From the human T2T-CHM13v2.0 reference genome, Homo sapiens, in assembly GCF_009914755.1 (NCBI RefSeq), contig NC_060925.1: DNA of 64,000 bases; one strand, given 5' to 3'. The position numbers were made by a program, and so were the translations under genes. Within the stretch, counting starts at the first letter, position 1; each line of letters opens with the position of its first letter. This document shows positions 33,777 to 49,973 of this stretch, in pieces. The notes below the pieces were generated by a model that saw only the letters and a program-made list of their open reading frames with translations, did no database searches and was not told the DNA's origin.

Positions 33777-35649
33777 ACTTCAGTTTATAAGAGTTGCTTT
33801 GCTTTGGTTTGGTTTTTGTTTGCTTTTCCTTTGCTGAGGCCCCAACTGGGAGCCCTCTGTTCTTTCAGACAAATTTGGTTCTTTCCTGGGGAGACTGTGA
33901 GAAGGCAGGCAGCCCAGTGATCTGGCTACATTTTCCCTCACCTGGCTGGAGCTCTGTCCGCTGGAGGAAGAGCAGAGAGGGCTGCGGCTGAGCCCCCATG
34001 GGCACGTGAAAAGAGGCCATCCTGTCCCCTCTTTGTCCCCTCCACCTTCCCCTGCCTCAGGGGCTTGGAGACCCCCAAATTCTTCTTCCCTACTGCCTTT
34101 CCACTCCGATCCCCAATGAGTGCCCAGCTAAGAAAATGTTTGAGACAGTAGATTCCAGTTTGAGAGCCGGAGCTTCCCTGGCTACCACCTCCAACCTGGG
34201 CACCAGGGCCCAGCCAGACAACTCATAACACTGGCCCACCTCTCTGGTATCTCCCTCAGGAGGACACCTGTCAGGATTTTGCCATCTCCTGCACAGCCTG
34301 AGGGGAGCTAACAGGCCTCTTTGCAGAGGGTTAGCTGGTAAGACCGTTTCTTCCCTGTCGGCCAGCACTGCCCGCTCCCCTCACACACCATCTCATCCTC
34401 ATCGCATGCCTCGCCAACCCCATGGAGCCCGTCCATCTGTCTGGTGTGTGGTGCGGTGTGTGTGCTGGTGGTGGTAGGGTCTCCAGGGACTCCCCGCTAA
34501 GCAGAAGGATCGGGATATAGGGCAAGGCTAAAAGCCCAGCCCCATTGTGGACTGAGGAAGTAGCTTCGCGCAGAGCAGCTCTCCAGCTGGAAGAGGAGGT
34601 GGAGGGTGAGGCTGGGGAGAGGATGGCGAACCTGCCCTGAGGTGCTTGGGTCTGTGCTGGTGGGGTCCTGGTATGCAGGGGCCACCGGTCACTAACACTC
34701 TTATGTCCTGGCTTTCTGTCCCCGCTGAGCTTTCTCTCACCCGCCCGTTTTCTCTCCTGCTTCATTGCCTGCTGCCTAAGCCTTGGCCCTTCTCTCGGGC
34801 AGAGGCAGGTGCTGTGGCAGCACCTCTCCCCACCACCGGGGCCCCTGCAGGCCGCCTCCCTCCTCCCAGGCCTGCTAACCCTCTCTCTTCTCCTTCTTTG
34901 CTGTCCTGCCGGGGATCTCCAGTGTGTGCGGGGGCTTAAGGACCTCCTGAGGACCGCTGCTCTCTGCCTCTCCAGGAATGGCCTGGGGGGAGCCAGGCAC
35001 CCGGCACCTCCACCTGCCTAACCTGTGGCCCATCTGCCACCATCTGTGCCTACAGGGTCTGCCCCCCAGCCTGCCCGGCCTGTGTGCTCTCTAGGACCCC
35101 CATAGGGGGCAGGGGCTGGCCTCTTTGCCCCATTCCCGCTCCATGCCGGCCAGAGTGTAGAAAGCCATAACGCAGCCATCAGCACAATAATGTGACTCTA
35201 CGCTGATATGCTCCCTCTCTCCTCCACTGACTTCCCCTTCCCGGATTTGTGAGGTGTCAAGACTAGGAATCTGGCCTTAGAGCCTGCCCCTCCACCCCCT
35301 CAGATCAGGCATAGCCATAGTCAAGCCCAGCAGGTTTCCTCAGGAGCTGTCTGGGGTGTTGATGGTGGATGACGCTGCTGAACAAGTTTGGTGACTGTTC
35401 TAAGCACAACTGGCTTGATACTGTTCCCACGGCCTGTCCACCTCCCACCCCCAACCCTCCACCAGAGTAGGTAGGATGTAGGGAGGGTGCGTGCCTCCTT
35501 TGCTCTAGGCACTGAGGGACCAAGCTAGCCGTGCACAGCCCCATACACTTCAGGGGACTAAAGGAAAGAGCTGAGCCAAGGAAAATCAGCTGAGCCCAGG
35601 GCTGGGGGCTGCTTGTCTGCTATCCTGTACCTTTTTTTTTTTTAACCAA

Positions 35650-35655
35650 AATAAA
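35650..35655 (+). terminator. ZDHHC18: ZDHHC18 distal poly(A) signal
   Basis: AATAAA preceded by TGTA and a U-run, followed by tggctgtctggtgg. Confidence 0.65.
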
Positions 35656-37597
35656 GATTCCCCTCTTCTTGCCATACCATTGGCTGTCTGGTGGCGCCTT
35701 TACTTTGGGGCCCAGGGATGGGACCTGCAGTGGGCGTGTGGAACATATGGCTCCCCCTCGCTCCCAGCTTTCTTCCAGCTGGCCAGTGCTGCTCTGGAGA
35801 TTTACAAGCACAACGAAGCCAGGAGGGACACAGGAAAAGTGGCTGACATCCTTTTCACTCTGCCCCTCCAGAACTCTTGGTCTCAATTCCAGACACCACC
35901 CAGCCTTAGCTGACCTCTGGATTCTGATAGGTCCCAGTGCAGGCTGAGACAGAGGGTTTAACTCCAGTTTGGGACTGCCATACCCATGAACTGAGCCCAG
36001 CCCAGGGTAACGATCTCATGGAAACTTCTCTCTCCCCAGTTGCTGCACTACATCAAGATACACACATGTGCATACACTGTACTATGGGCTAAAAAAATAG
36101 CTACCGCTACCGTTCAGCAAGGGCTTGCCGAGTCCCGGGCCCATTTTCTCATCTTAACCTGTGAGGAGGATGATGTCAGCCTTTTTACAGATGAGGGAAC
36201 TGAGACTCAAGGAAGAAACAGGAGCTGCCCAAGGTCACCCAGCTGGCAAAGCAGCAAATCCCAGATCGGAACCTGATCTCTGCCCCGAGCTCTGAGCCAT
36301 CTGCACTACCCAAGGAATGAATACAGCGGTGGGAGGATGAGATCTTGGAGAAACCCTAAAATTAGAGAATGTCATAGCCAGTAGAGGGCTTAGAGTTGAT
36401 CTGGGCCAGCCTCCTTGTTTTACTGATGGAGAAATTGAAGCCCAGAGGCAGGAAGGGACCTGCCCAAGGCCTTATAACAGAGCTGGGATGCAGTCCCACA
36501 CTCTGACCTCATTCCATTCTCTCTCCATAAATTCTGCACTGTCTCTAGACTGGACTGGTTTAGATGTGGGATACTCTAAACAGCAGTGCCTTCAAGAGAA
36601 AAAGAATCAGAACTACGAATCACTTAAAAGTAATGTAAGCTACTCTGGGCACACTGCCTATGGGGTCGCCCTGCTCCACAAGGAGCCACAAAAATAATTA
36701 AAATAATTTAATATCCCTTCCCAAAGGTAACCAGTAAAGTAAGCTCTTGGCTAGGTAACTGGACTCTTGTTCACAACTAGCCAGTGGGAAAAGGTGCTAG
36801 AGCTTCCTCTGGCCACCTGTTTAATTTGATCATTCCAAGACAGAAACATTTCTTAGGAAGTTCTTTCTAGAATCTACCTGGTGTCCCTCCCACTGCTATC
36901 AGAGCCCTGTCCTCTGTCCTCAGTGGAGGTAGAGAGCAAATGGTTGCTGCTTTCTTCATCACAACCCTTCAAAGCCTATTATTACCAGCTAAGAAGGATT
37001 GGTTGACTATGGGGCCAGAGCCCCTGAGCCTGCTGGTAGAATGGATGCTGTACAGGAGGGTGGGGAGGTAGCAGGCAGAATGAGGAAAGCCCCTTTGAGC
37101 TGCAACCCCAGCTCCTGTCCTGCTGACTCAGACAGCTGACTGTGGAGCTCCATGCCCTGCCAGGGCCTGCTGCCTCCTGCCCGTCTGAGCTCCTGAACTT
37201 GGGAAATGGAGGCCCAGAGGCAAAGGGAGGTACCTGAGACAGGAACTGAGTCAGGATCAACAGGCCAGAGCGGGCAGGAGGTATCAGGCAGCCTGGCTCC
37301 CAGATGCACCCCTGAGCTCCAGCAGGGGAGGAGTAGGAATGAAGGGGCTTCCTTGCCCTTGCTCATGGCTATGCGGAGGGCGTGAACCACCACCAGGTCC
37401 TCTGGCTTAAGTGGCGGGAAGCAAATGGTCCCTCCCTGGACTCAGGCTCCAAAGTTCCTGGGCCTGCCTTCCAGGTTCCCAGTGTCCTGGGATCTCCAGC
37501 TTTCCCCAGGACTTGGGGAAGCCCCGGCTGGATGACTAGTACAAATGAAGGCCCCTGAGGTTCCAGGACCTGCTGAGGTCACAGGAATATCCTAGAT

Positions 37598-37821
37598 CAA
37601 GCTTGTCCAACCCACGGCCCACAGGCTGCATGTGGCCCAGAATGGCTTTGAATGCAGCCCAACACAAATTAGTAAACTTTCTTAAAACATTATGAGATTT
37701 TTTTGCAAATTTTTTTTTTTTTTTAGCTCATCAGTTATTGGTAGTGTTGGTATATTTTATGTGTGGCCCAAGACAATTCTTCCAATGTGGCCCAGGGAAG
37801 CCAAAAGATTGGACACGCCTG
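37598..37821 (+). mobile_element. MER30-like hAT-Charlie non-autonomous DNA transposon
   Basis: Imperfect terminal inverted repeats caagcttgtccaa...ttggacacgcctg; perfect 8-bp TSD TCCTAGAT at 37590-37597 and 37822-37829. Confidence 0.85.
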
Positions 37822-38001
37822 TCCTAGATGGAGAGGAAGGAGGCAGTGCTGAGCACATCTGGCCATTCATCCATCTGGAGAGAGAAGGCTATGGGCAAAC
37901 TGCTTCCTCTCCCCTGTAGACACCCAGCTGGGAAGGTCTGGCCTTTGGCTAAGTCCTGGCTTGGGGTCCTTCCTCATTTCACAGAACCTAACTCTATGTT
38001 A

Positions 38002-38365
<364 letters not shown>

Positions 38366-38555
38366 TCAAAAAAAAGAAAATAATAATAATAATAGTTGCC
38401 ATCCATTCTACTGTGCTTTCCATTAACTCGTGTAATCCTCACAAGTCCCATTTTATAGTTACAGGAACTGAGGCTCACAGAGCTTAAATCACTTGGCCAA
38501 GGCCACAAACAGCTATAAGAATTACATTTAGGCAGTCTGATTCCAAAGATACTAG

Positions 38556-38802
<247 letters not shown>

Positions 38803-38936
38803 TAGCCAGAATGGTCTCGATCTCCTGACCTTGTGATCCACCCACCTCAGCCTCCCAAAGTGCTGAGATGACAGGCGTGAGCCACCGCGTCCGACCTATA
38901 TTCACTATTTATAAATTGGAGAGAATAAGAAAATCA

Positions 38937-39074
<138 letters not shown>

Positions 39075-39401
39075 TTAGCTGGGCGTTGTGGTGAGCACCT
39101 TATTCTTAGGAAGCTGAGGCAGGAGGATCACCTGAGGCCAAGGAGGTTGAGACTGCAGTGAGCTGTGATCATACCACTGTACTTCAGCCTGGACATCAGA
39201 GTAAGACCCTATCTCTAAAAAGGAAATTGAGAAGAAAGAAAATCAAAGGGAAGCAAAATCACTCACTCTCACTACCTCAAGATACCCTCTAGAAGTTGGT
39301 ATTTTAGTGTGGTTCCTATTGTTTTCTGTGTCAGTTCTCTGATTTGAGCAAAATCTTTGGGACGTCAAACTTAAAATCCCCTTTACTTCCTTGGAAACCC
39401 T

Positions 39402-39424
39402 GTAGCATTAGCCCAGACATGTCC
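39402..39424 (+). promoter_or_regulatory. p53 response element upstream of SFN
   Basis: GTAGCATTAGCCCAGACATGTCC; perfect RRRCWWGYYY half-site AGACATGTCC at 39415-39424, ~1.9 kb upstream of the ATG; SFN is an established p53 target and this matches my recollection of its element. Confidence 0.75.
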
Positions 39425-39806
39425 CTACTCCTCCTTGTGGCAAAGAGAAGGATCTCGTCTTTGGTCCCCAGAGTTCTGGCCTAAGCCTCCCTCCAGGAGG
39501 GAAGATGAGTGTTCAGACACTCAGAGTAGCTGGGGGAGACACAGGCCTGTGAAATTATCCTGGCTCAACTATTAGGTCGGCAGAATCCCAGTGAAGGGAG
39601 CCCTACCTCTGAGCCCCATCTAAGCTTTGGCTATGGGTGGGGCAGATAAGCAGGAATCCATCCCTATAGGCTCAATGCCAACACCCTTAGGTGAAACTCT
39701 TGATGAAACTTGAGGCCAGGGCTCCGGCAAGCAGGGAAAGAACGTTGGCAACAGAGGTCTCCATCTCTGAGGACTCTGCCAGGGGTCAGAGATGGGGCAA
39801 TGGTCA

Positions 39807-39938
<132 letters not shown>

Positions 39939-41257
39939 TTAAAAAAAAAAAAAAGGAAAGAACAAGTAAACTTCTGAGAAACAGGCTGGGGGAGGCATCA
40001 CGTAGCTGGAATTGCTGCCCCATAAAACAGAATGGTATGTGTCACTGCCACCTCCCTTTCTCAGTCCTCTCTCTCCCCAGGTTGCTAGCGTCCCCCCTGG
40101 GGGATCAAACTGGACTGCTTCCCAGCCTCAGACAGAGAGCAGTCTGAGTCAGGCAGGAAAGTGGGACAGCCGGGGAGCTGGACCCCACCCTCTGTGAGCC
40201 CCGCTGGTACCTGATGGCATGTGGCTTGGAGAGGGCAGGTGACCTGGCGTGGAGGGCCAGAGGGTAAATCCTCAAACAAGTGGCAACAGGCCACCAACTT
40301 GAAAGGGAAAATTGTGTAGTGATGGGAAATGTGTCCAACAAACCTACTGGGTGACTAATTACAAAGGCTGGGCTGGAGCTTCAGAGGCTGCTTGTTAAAC
40401 ACTTCATTAAGCGGCACTCTGAAAGCTGCCACCTGCGCATTCTGGGAGCTCAGAGGGGACCCTGAGGGGGAATGAGGCCTGGAGGATGGAACCATCTTCA
40501 GGTAGACTGAGAAGGAGCCTGGATCTCACTTCCAAACACAGTCTGGAGCTCATAGGTCAGAGGCCTCAATGGGAGAAAAGCTAAAGGAAGAGGGTGCAGA
40601 AAGGAGTTTCAGGGAATTGGTGGCTATGTGACTTTGAGCAAATCTCACCCCTCTCTGAGACTTAGTGTTCCCATCTCTATGGTCCTGTGTGTGTCACAGA
40701 GACATGGTGGGGATTAAATTCGATCGTGAATATGAAAGTGCTTGGGAAACTCCATGGCCCTACCTAAACATGAGTTATCCTCACCTGAACCAAGGGGGGA
40801 AGTTACCTGGCAGGATTAGGAACCCCATCCTCCTGAACCTTTATGGGCTCTGTCGAGGCTGAAGCAGCCAGGGGCTAAAGCCGTCCTTAGCCCCTGGAAG
40901 GGCACTGTGAAAGTGGATCTGATTTGAGAAGCCGTTTCCTGATGTGGGCAGCCATGTGATGCCAGCCCCGAACAAGAGGGGGCAGCCTGGAGCCTGGAAA
41001 GGTGCCAGTGCAGGTGGGGCCCACGCCCAGATTTCTCCTGCTGACTGTTCTGATGATTCACCCCCACATCCCAGCCTTTTTACCTTTACTGCAGAGCCGG
41101 AAAGGGTGTGGGGAAGAGAGGAGAGGGAGGCAGGTCTTGGGCCCTGGTCCCGCCCCCTGCTCCTCCCCACCCTTCTCTGGGCCTGGCCACCCAGCCAAAA
41201 GGCAGGCCAAGAGCAGGAGAGACACAGAGTCCGGCATTGGTCCCAGGCAGCAGTTAG

Positions 41258-42034
<777 letters not shown>

Positions 42035-42403
42035 GTGTTGCCCGCCACCGCCCCGCCCTGCCCCCTCCAGTCCCCCACCCTGCCGAGAGGACTAGTATGG
42101 GGTGGGAGGCCCCACCCTTCTCCCCTAGGCGCTGTTCTTGCTCCAAAGGGCTCCGTGGAGAGGGACTGGCAGAGCTGAGGCCACCTGGGGCTGGGGATCC
42201 CACTCTTCTTGCAGCTGTTGAGCGCACCTAACCACTGGTCATGCCCCCACCCCTGCTCTCCGCACCCGCTTCCTCCCGACCCCAGGACCAGGCTACTTCT
42301 CCCCTCCTCTTGCCTCCCTCCTGCCCCTGCTGCCTCTGATCGTAGGAATTGAGGAGTGTCCCGCCTTGTGGCTGAGAACTGGACAGTGGCAGGGGCTGGA
42401 GAT

Positions 42404-42405
<2 letters not shown>

Positions 42406-42444
<39 letters not shown>

Positions 42445-42445
42445 C
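42406..42445. repeat. (GT)n(GC)n microsatellite in the SFN 3' UTR
   Basis: 40 nt of uninterrupted purine-pyrimidine alternation. Confidence 0.95.
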
Positions 42446-42504
42446 CAGTGCAAGACCGAGATTGAGGGAAAGCATGTCTGCTGGGTGTGACCATGTTTCC
42501 TCTC

Positions 42505-42510
42505 AATAAA
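42505..42510 (+). terminator. SFN: SFN poly(A) signal
   Basis: AATAAA ~470 nt after the stop, followed by a pyrimidine-rich downstream tract. Confidence 0.85.
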
Positions 42511-42639
42511 GTTCCCCTGTGACACTCCTCCTGTCTCTCTTCCAGTTCTTGGCGATGGGCTGGGAGTGGGACTGGAATCTGACTTAGAGACCCTGACTTT
42601 GGACCTCTGAGTTAGGGCCCTGAACTCCCTAGGTGGCTC

Positions 42640-43765
42640 AGTGGCCCGCACGCAAGACTTTGAGTCCAGGTGAGGCCGGGGTCCGGCTCTCTCCATCACG
42701 GCGGCCCCAGTCAAACTGGACGGGACCGGGAGGGTCGGGTGAACCCACAGGAGGCGCCGTGGCTCCTCTGCCGGGCTGAGGGGAGGTGAGTGGGAGCCAC
42801 GGCGCGGGAGGCTGACGAGCTCTGGTGGAGCGGGGCAGGAAATAGTGAAGTCTCCGGCGTGAGATCTAAGGACAGCGCCGCAGTAGTGAGCGGCACTGAG
42901 CACCCGATTTGCAGGCGGGTCACAGTTTCATCAAGGGCTCAGATCTCAGCGGAGGGGAGTACGATCTGAGGAAGGGGTATAGCGCCGCCAAAAAAGCCTA
43001 GATCTTAGGAGAGGGTCACGTCCCACAGAGTTCGGAGATGGAGACAAAAGGAAACGGGCTGAAGGGGAGGAAGGACGAGCTGGGTGGGAAGGGCCGCTGG
43101 GAGCTGTGCCTACCGAGCCCGCTGCCTGAGCTCTCTGCAGCCAGCAACACGCCGGAACCTGCAGCCGCCTTGCTCCGTCCCGCCTTCGCAGCCCTGGACT
43201 GGAGGCGGGGCCCGAGGCCAATACCGCCCAATCACAGGAGGGAGCTGCCCCAGGGTACCGCCCCGGGGGCCTGACTGGCCAATGGGAAAGTGAGCGGCGG
43301 AACGCGCGCGGCGAGTTTCCCGCCGCCCGCCAGGCCTGGCGGACACCACGACTCGCTGACTGACTGAGAGGCGCCCCCGCCGCCCGCTGAGCGCCGAGGG
43401 GCGGAGCTTTCCCGGTTTCACTCAGACAAGTTGCCGCCCGTCCGGCCCGAGAGCTGGGAACCCTCTAGAGCAGCGGGACGAGCCAGGATCGCAAAATGCA
43501 GTGCTTGCCCGTTGAGTCATCAGCTCACCCGGCTGGGCCTGGGCCGGGCCGGCCGCGGGGGTTGGCTGGAAAAAGGCCGCCAAGATGCCCCCACCACACT
43601 CCGAAATCCAAGCAGCCCTGGACCTGTCGCCGAGAGGCTTGGATTGTGTCCCTGGCTGGCTGTGCGACCTTGGAAAAGCCGTTATACCTCCCTGGGCCTC
43701 AGTTTCCCTCTTGTATCATAAGGGGCTTGGACTAAAGGCTAACACAAGAGTGAAAATGGCGGTTT
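42640..43765. promoter_or_regulatory. CpG-rich promoter-like region downstream of SFN, no coding gene attached
   Basis: CCAAT at 43218, 43228 and 43279; E2F-type TTTCCCGC 43316-43323; GC box GGGGCGGAGC 43398-43407; YY1-type AAAATGGCGG 43753-43762. Confidence 0.6.
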
Positions 43766-43863
43766 TGGCCGGGCGCGGTGGCTCACGCCTGTAATCCCAG
43801 CACTCTGGGAGGCCGAGGCGGGCGTATCACGAGGTCAGGAGATCGAGGCCATCCTGGCTATCA

Positions 43864-45345
<1,482 letters not shown>

Positions 45346-45485
45346 TTATTTTTTATTTTTTATTTTTGAGACAGGGTCTGGCTCTGTCACCCCAGGCGTG
45401 ACAGTGGCTTTTGGTCTCAAGCAATCCTCCCACCTCAGCCTCCTGGTAGCTGGGACTATAGGTGCCTGCCACCGCACCCAGCTAA

Positions 45486-45659
<174 letters not shown>

Positions 45660-46315
45660 TAAGTCTAGGATTTGGCCAGCATTTTTATGCCTAAAGCAGA
45701 ATCATGAGGCAGGCCCAGTCCTGAGGGGCAGCCTTATTGCCAAAGCTGACCTGCACGCCTGCTGAGCCCCCTGAGAATGCTGCCCTCACATCAGGTGGTC
45801 ACTCTTCCACCTGGCAAGATGGAGAGAGCTAAGCCCAGGGTCCAAGCTTGGCCACACCAATAGGACTCAAAACTGAAGGGTTTTTGTCAGAACTCCTGCT
45901 TCTACAGGGGAAGCCGGCAGGACCACTCTGATGCCTTCTGGGTCCCCTGTTTTCTCCCTTCCTTTCCTAGAGGTGTGTCAGATTTCAAGGCTCCAAACCA
46001 GGGACTCTAGGCAGGGCAAGTAACTCCACTCAGATCTAGAGGTGACCTGATTTCTCTCACCAGACAGGTCTGGTGACTCTCTCTTAATGGGCTACATCCT
46101 GGGAAAGGAACTTCTTTCTTTTCTCTCAGCCTCTGACTTTTGTCTGTTAGCTCTGGACCACTCGTGGTTGTCCCATATGGGGAGAAGTGAGCTGCCCTAA
46201 GGTAGTGTGTCGGTGTAAGGATTTTAAACCAGATGCTGTGCATTGGAATATCTCTAAATCAGATGCTTACCAGGGCTAAATGTGAGCTGGCTTAGGCACC
46301 AGCTTCTTTTATTTT

Positions 46316-46320
<5 letters not shown>

Positions 46321-46376
<56 letters not shown>
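46321..46376. repeat. (CT)n microsatellite
   Basis: Long perfect CT run next to an Alu tail. Confidence 0.95.
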
Positions 46377-46379
<3 letters not shown>

Positions 46380-48700
46380 CTTTCTTCTTTTCTTTTCTCT
46401 TTTTTTTTTTTTTTTTGAGACAGGGTCTCACTTTGTCACCCAGGCTGGAGTGCAGTGCCACGATCTCGGCTCACTGCAGCCTTGACCTCCCAGGTTGAAG
46501 CTGACCTCCCAGGTTCAAGCTATCCTCCCACCTCAGCCCCTCAAGTAGCTGAGACTACAGGTGTGCACCACCACACCCAGCTAATTTTTGTAGAGACAGA
46601 ATTTCACTATGTTGCCCAGGTGGGTCTTGAACGCCTCAGCTCAAGCAATCCACCCACCTCAGCCTCCCAAACTGCTGGGATTACAGGCGTGAGCCACCGC
46701 GTCCAGGCTCTTTTCATTTTTTAATGTTTAGTTTTTATGGGTACATAATAGTTGTACATATTAGGCACCAGGTTCTGACCACAAGGATCCCAAACCTTTT
46801 TGTCCATGACTTTTTTTTTAATCTCTTGGTGAACACTTCTTGCCAGCTTTTCCTGGCCTAGAATTGATATTTGAACAATTTCAAGGCCAGGCACAGTGGC
46901 TCATGCCTGTAATCTCAGCACTTTGGAGGGCGAGGCAGGCAGATCCCTTGAGGCCTGAAGTTCAAGGCCATCCTGGCAAATATGGCAAAACCCCGTCTCT
47001 ACTAAAAATACAAAAATTAGCCAGGTGTGGCGGCATGCGCCTGTAGTCCCAGCTACTCAGGAGGCTGAGGCGGGAGAATCGTTTGAAAGTGGGAGGCAGA
47101 GGTTGCAGTGAGCCAAGATTGCGCCACTGCCACTGCAGCCTGGGTGACAGAGCGAGACTCTCTCTCAAAAAAAAAAAAAAAAAAAAAAAAGGCCGGGGGC
47201 AGTGGCTCACGCCTGTAATCCCAGCACTTTGGGAGGCCAAGGCGGGCGGATCACGAGGTCAGGAGATCGAGACCATCCTGGCGAACACTGTGAAACCCCG
47301 TCTCTACTAAAAATACAAAAAAATTAGCCAGGCGTGGTGGTGGGCACCTGTAGTCCCAGCTACTCGGGAGGCTGAGGCAGGAGAATGGCATGAACCCTGG
47401 GGGTGCGGAGCTTGCAGTGAGTGGAGATCCCACCACTGCACTCCAGCCTGGGCGACAGAGCGAGACTCCATCTCAAAACAAACAAACAAACAAACAAACA
47501 AACAAACAAAAAAACGGTGGGTGCGGTGGCTCACAGCTGTAACTCCAGCACTTTGGGAAGCCGAGGCGGGTGGATCACCTGAGGTCAGGAGTTCGAGACC
47601 AGCCTGACCAACGTGGTGAAACCTCATCTCTACTAAAAATACAAAAAATTAGCCGGGCGTGGTGGCGGGAGCCTATAGTCCCAGCTACTCGTGAGGCTGA
47701 GGCAGGAGAATGGCGTGAACCCAGGAGGCGGAGCTTGCAGTGAGCCATGAGTGCGGCCACTGCACTCCAGCCTTGGTGACAGAGCGAGACTCTGTCTAAA
47801 AAAAAAAAAATTACTGTAGAGACAGGTTCTCGCTATGTTGTCCAGGTTGGTCTTGAACTCCTGGCCTCAGGTGATTCTCCAGCCTCAGCCTCCTAAAGTG
47901 TTGGGATTACAGGTGTGAGCTACTGCACCTGGCCAGAACTTGATTTAAAACTACCCTTCCAAATGCCTGGTAACCAGGATTAGTTCCAAATCATGATGGA
48001 AATGGAAATACAGCCGGTCCTGGGATGAGGAAGGGCTGTCCAGAGATTGGGCTCACACAGATTCAAGGGACCTCAGCCTTATCTTTTCTATATTGCCAGA
48101 TTATCCCCCAGAAAATGGAGGCCCAGCTCTTGCAAATATCTTCTCCTCCCAAGAATTTGAATGGTATGGAGAAAATCTGCAACCTAAAATTACCGAGTGA
48201 AGATATCTACTCTTACCTCTGTTATGCATAGTTACTTCCAAATGGCTCTTAGAATCCACAGGAGTAGGTGATGGAGGCCAAGATTGCCTTCTCACAACCA
48301 GCCAGGCACCCTAGCAAGGCCAAGGCCACTGTGGCTCCTTCCAGAAAAAGCAAGGTACTCTTCCCTGCCTCCATCTCTCTCTCTCTCTCTCTCTCTCTGT
48401 CACACACACACACGTCCAGATGTCCAGAGGCTTGCATCAAGGCTTGCTCTTCTGACCGACAGTGTCCCATTTCTGCTTCTTGCTAGAGAACAGAGTATGG
48501 TAGCAGCAGCAGCAGGCATGATAAGTGTGTGTCAGGCAGTTTCATACCTTAATCCTCACAGTAATACATGTTATTACCTTTGTTTTGCAAATAAAAAGAC
48601 TGAAGCTCAGAGCAGCTAAATAACCTAATAACCAAGGTTATACAACTACTCATGTGCTGGTGCTGGGGAGTGGAACAGGGTCTGACTCCAAGCCCCATGA

Positions 48701-49153
<453 letters not shown>

Positions 49154-49543
49154 TGACACCACACCCAGCTAATTTTTTTTTTTTAGAGACAGGGTTTCAC
49201 CATATTGATCAGGCTGGTCTCAACCTACTGACGTCAGGTGATCCGCCTGCCTCAGCCTCCCAAAGTGCTGCGATTACAGGCATGAGACCGCGCCCAGCCA
49301 TTCCCATGTTTTTTAAACTACAATAGCTGTTTTCAAACTGTGTTCAGGTGGTTTCCCAGAAGCTGCCATGGGGCAGGAGCCGAGTGGTCAGTTTCCCGTT
49401 TCTGTATACTTTGGCCAAAACAGCCACACATATGTCAGTTTCGTATATTAGAGTTTCACCAGTTAAAAAGTATCTACATTTGGCCAGGTGCTGTGGCTCA
49501 CACCTGTAATCCCAACACTTTGGGGGCCGAGGTATGTGGATCA

Positions 49544-49973
<430 letters not shown>

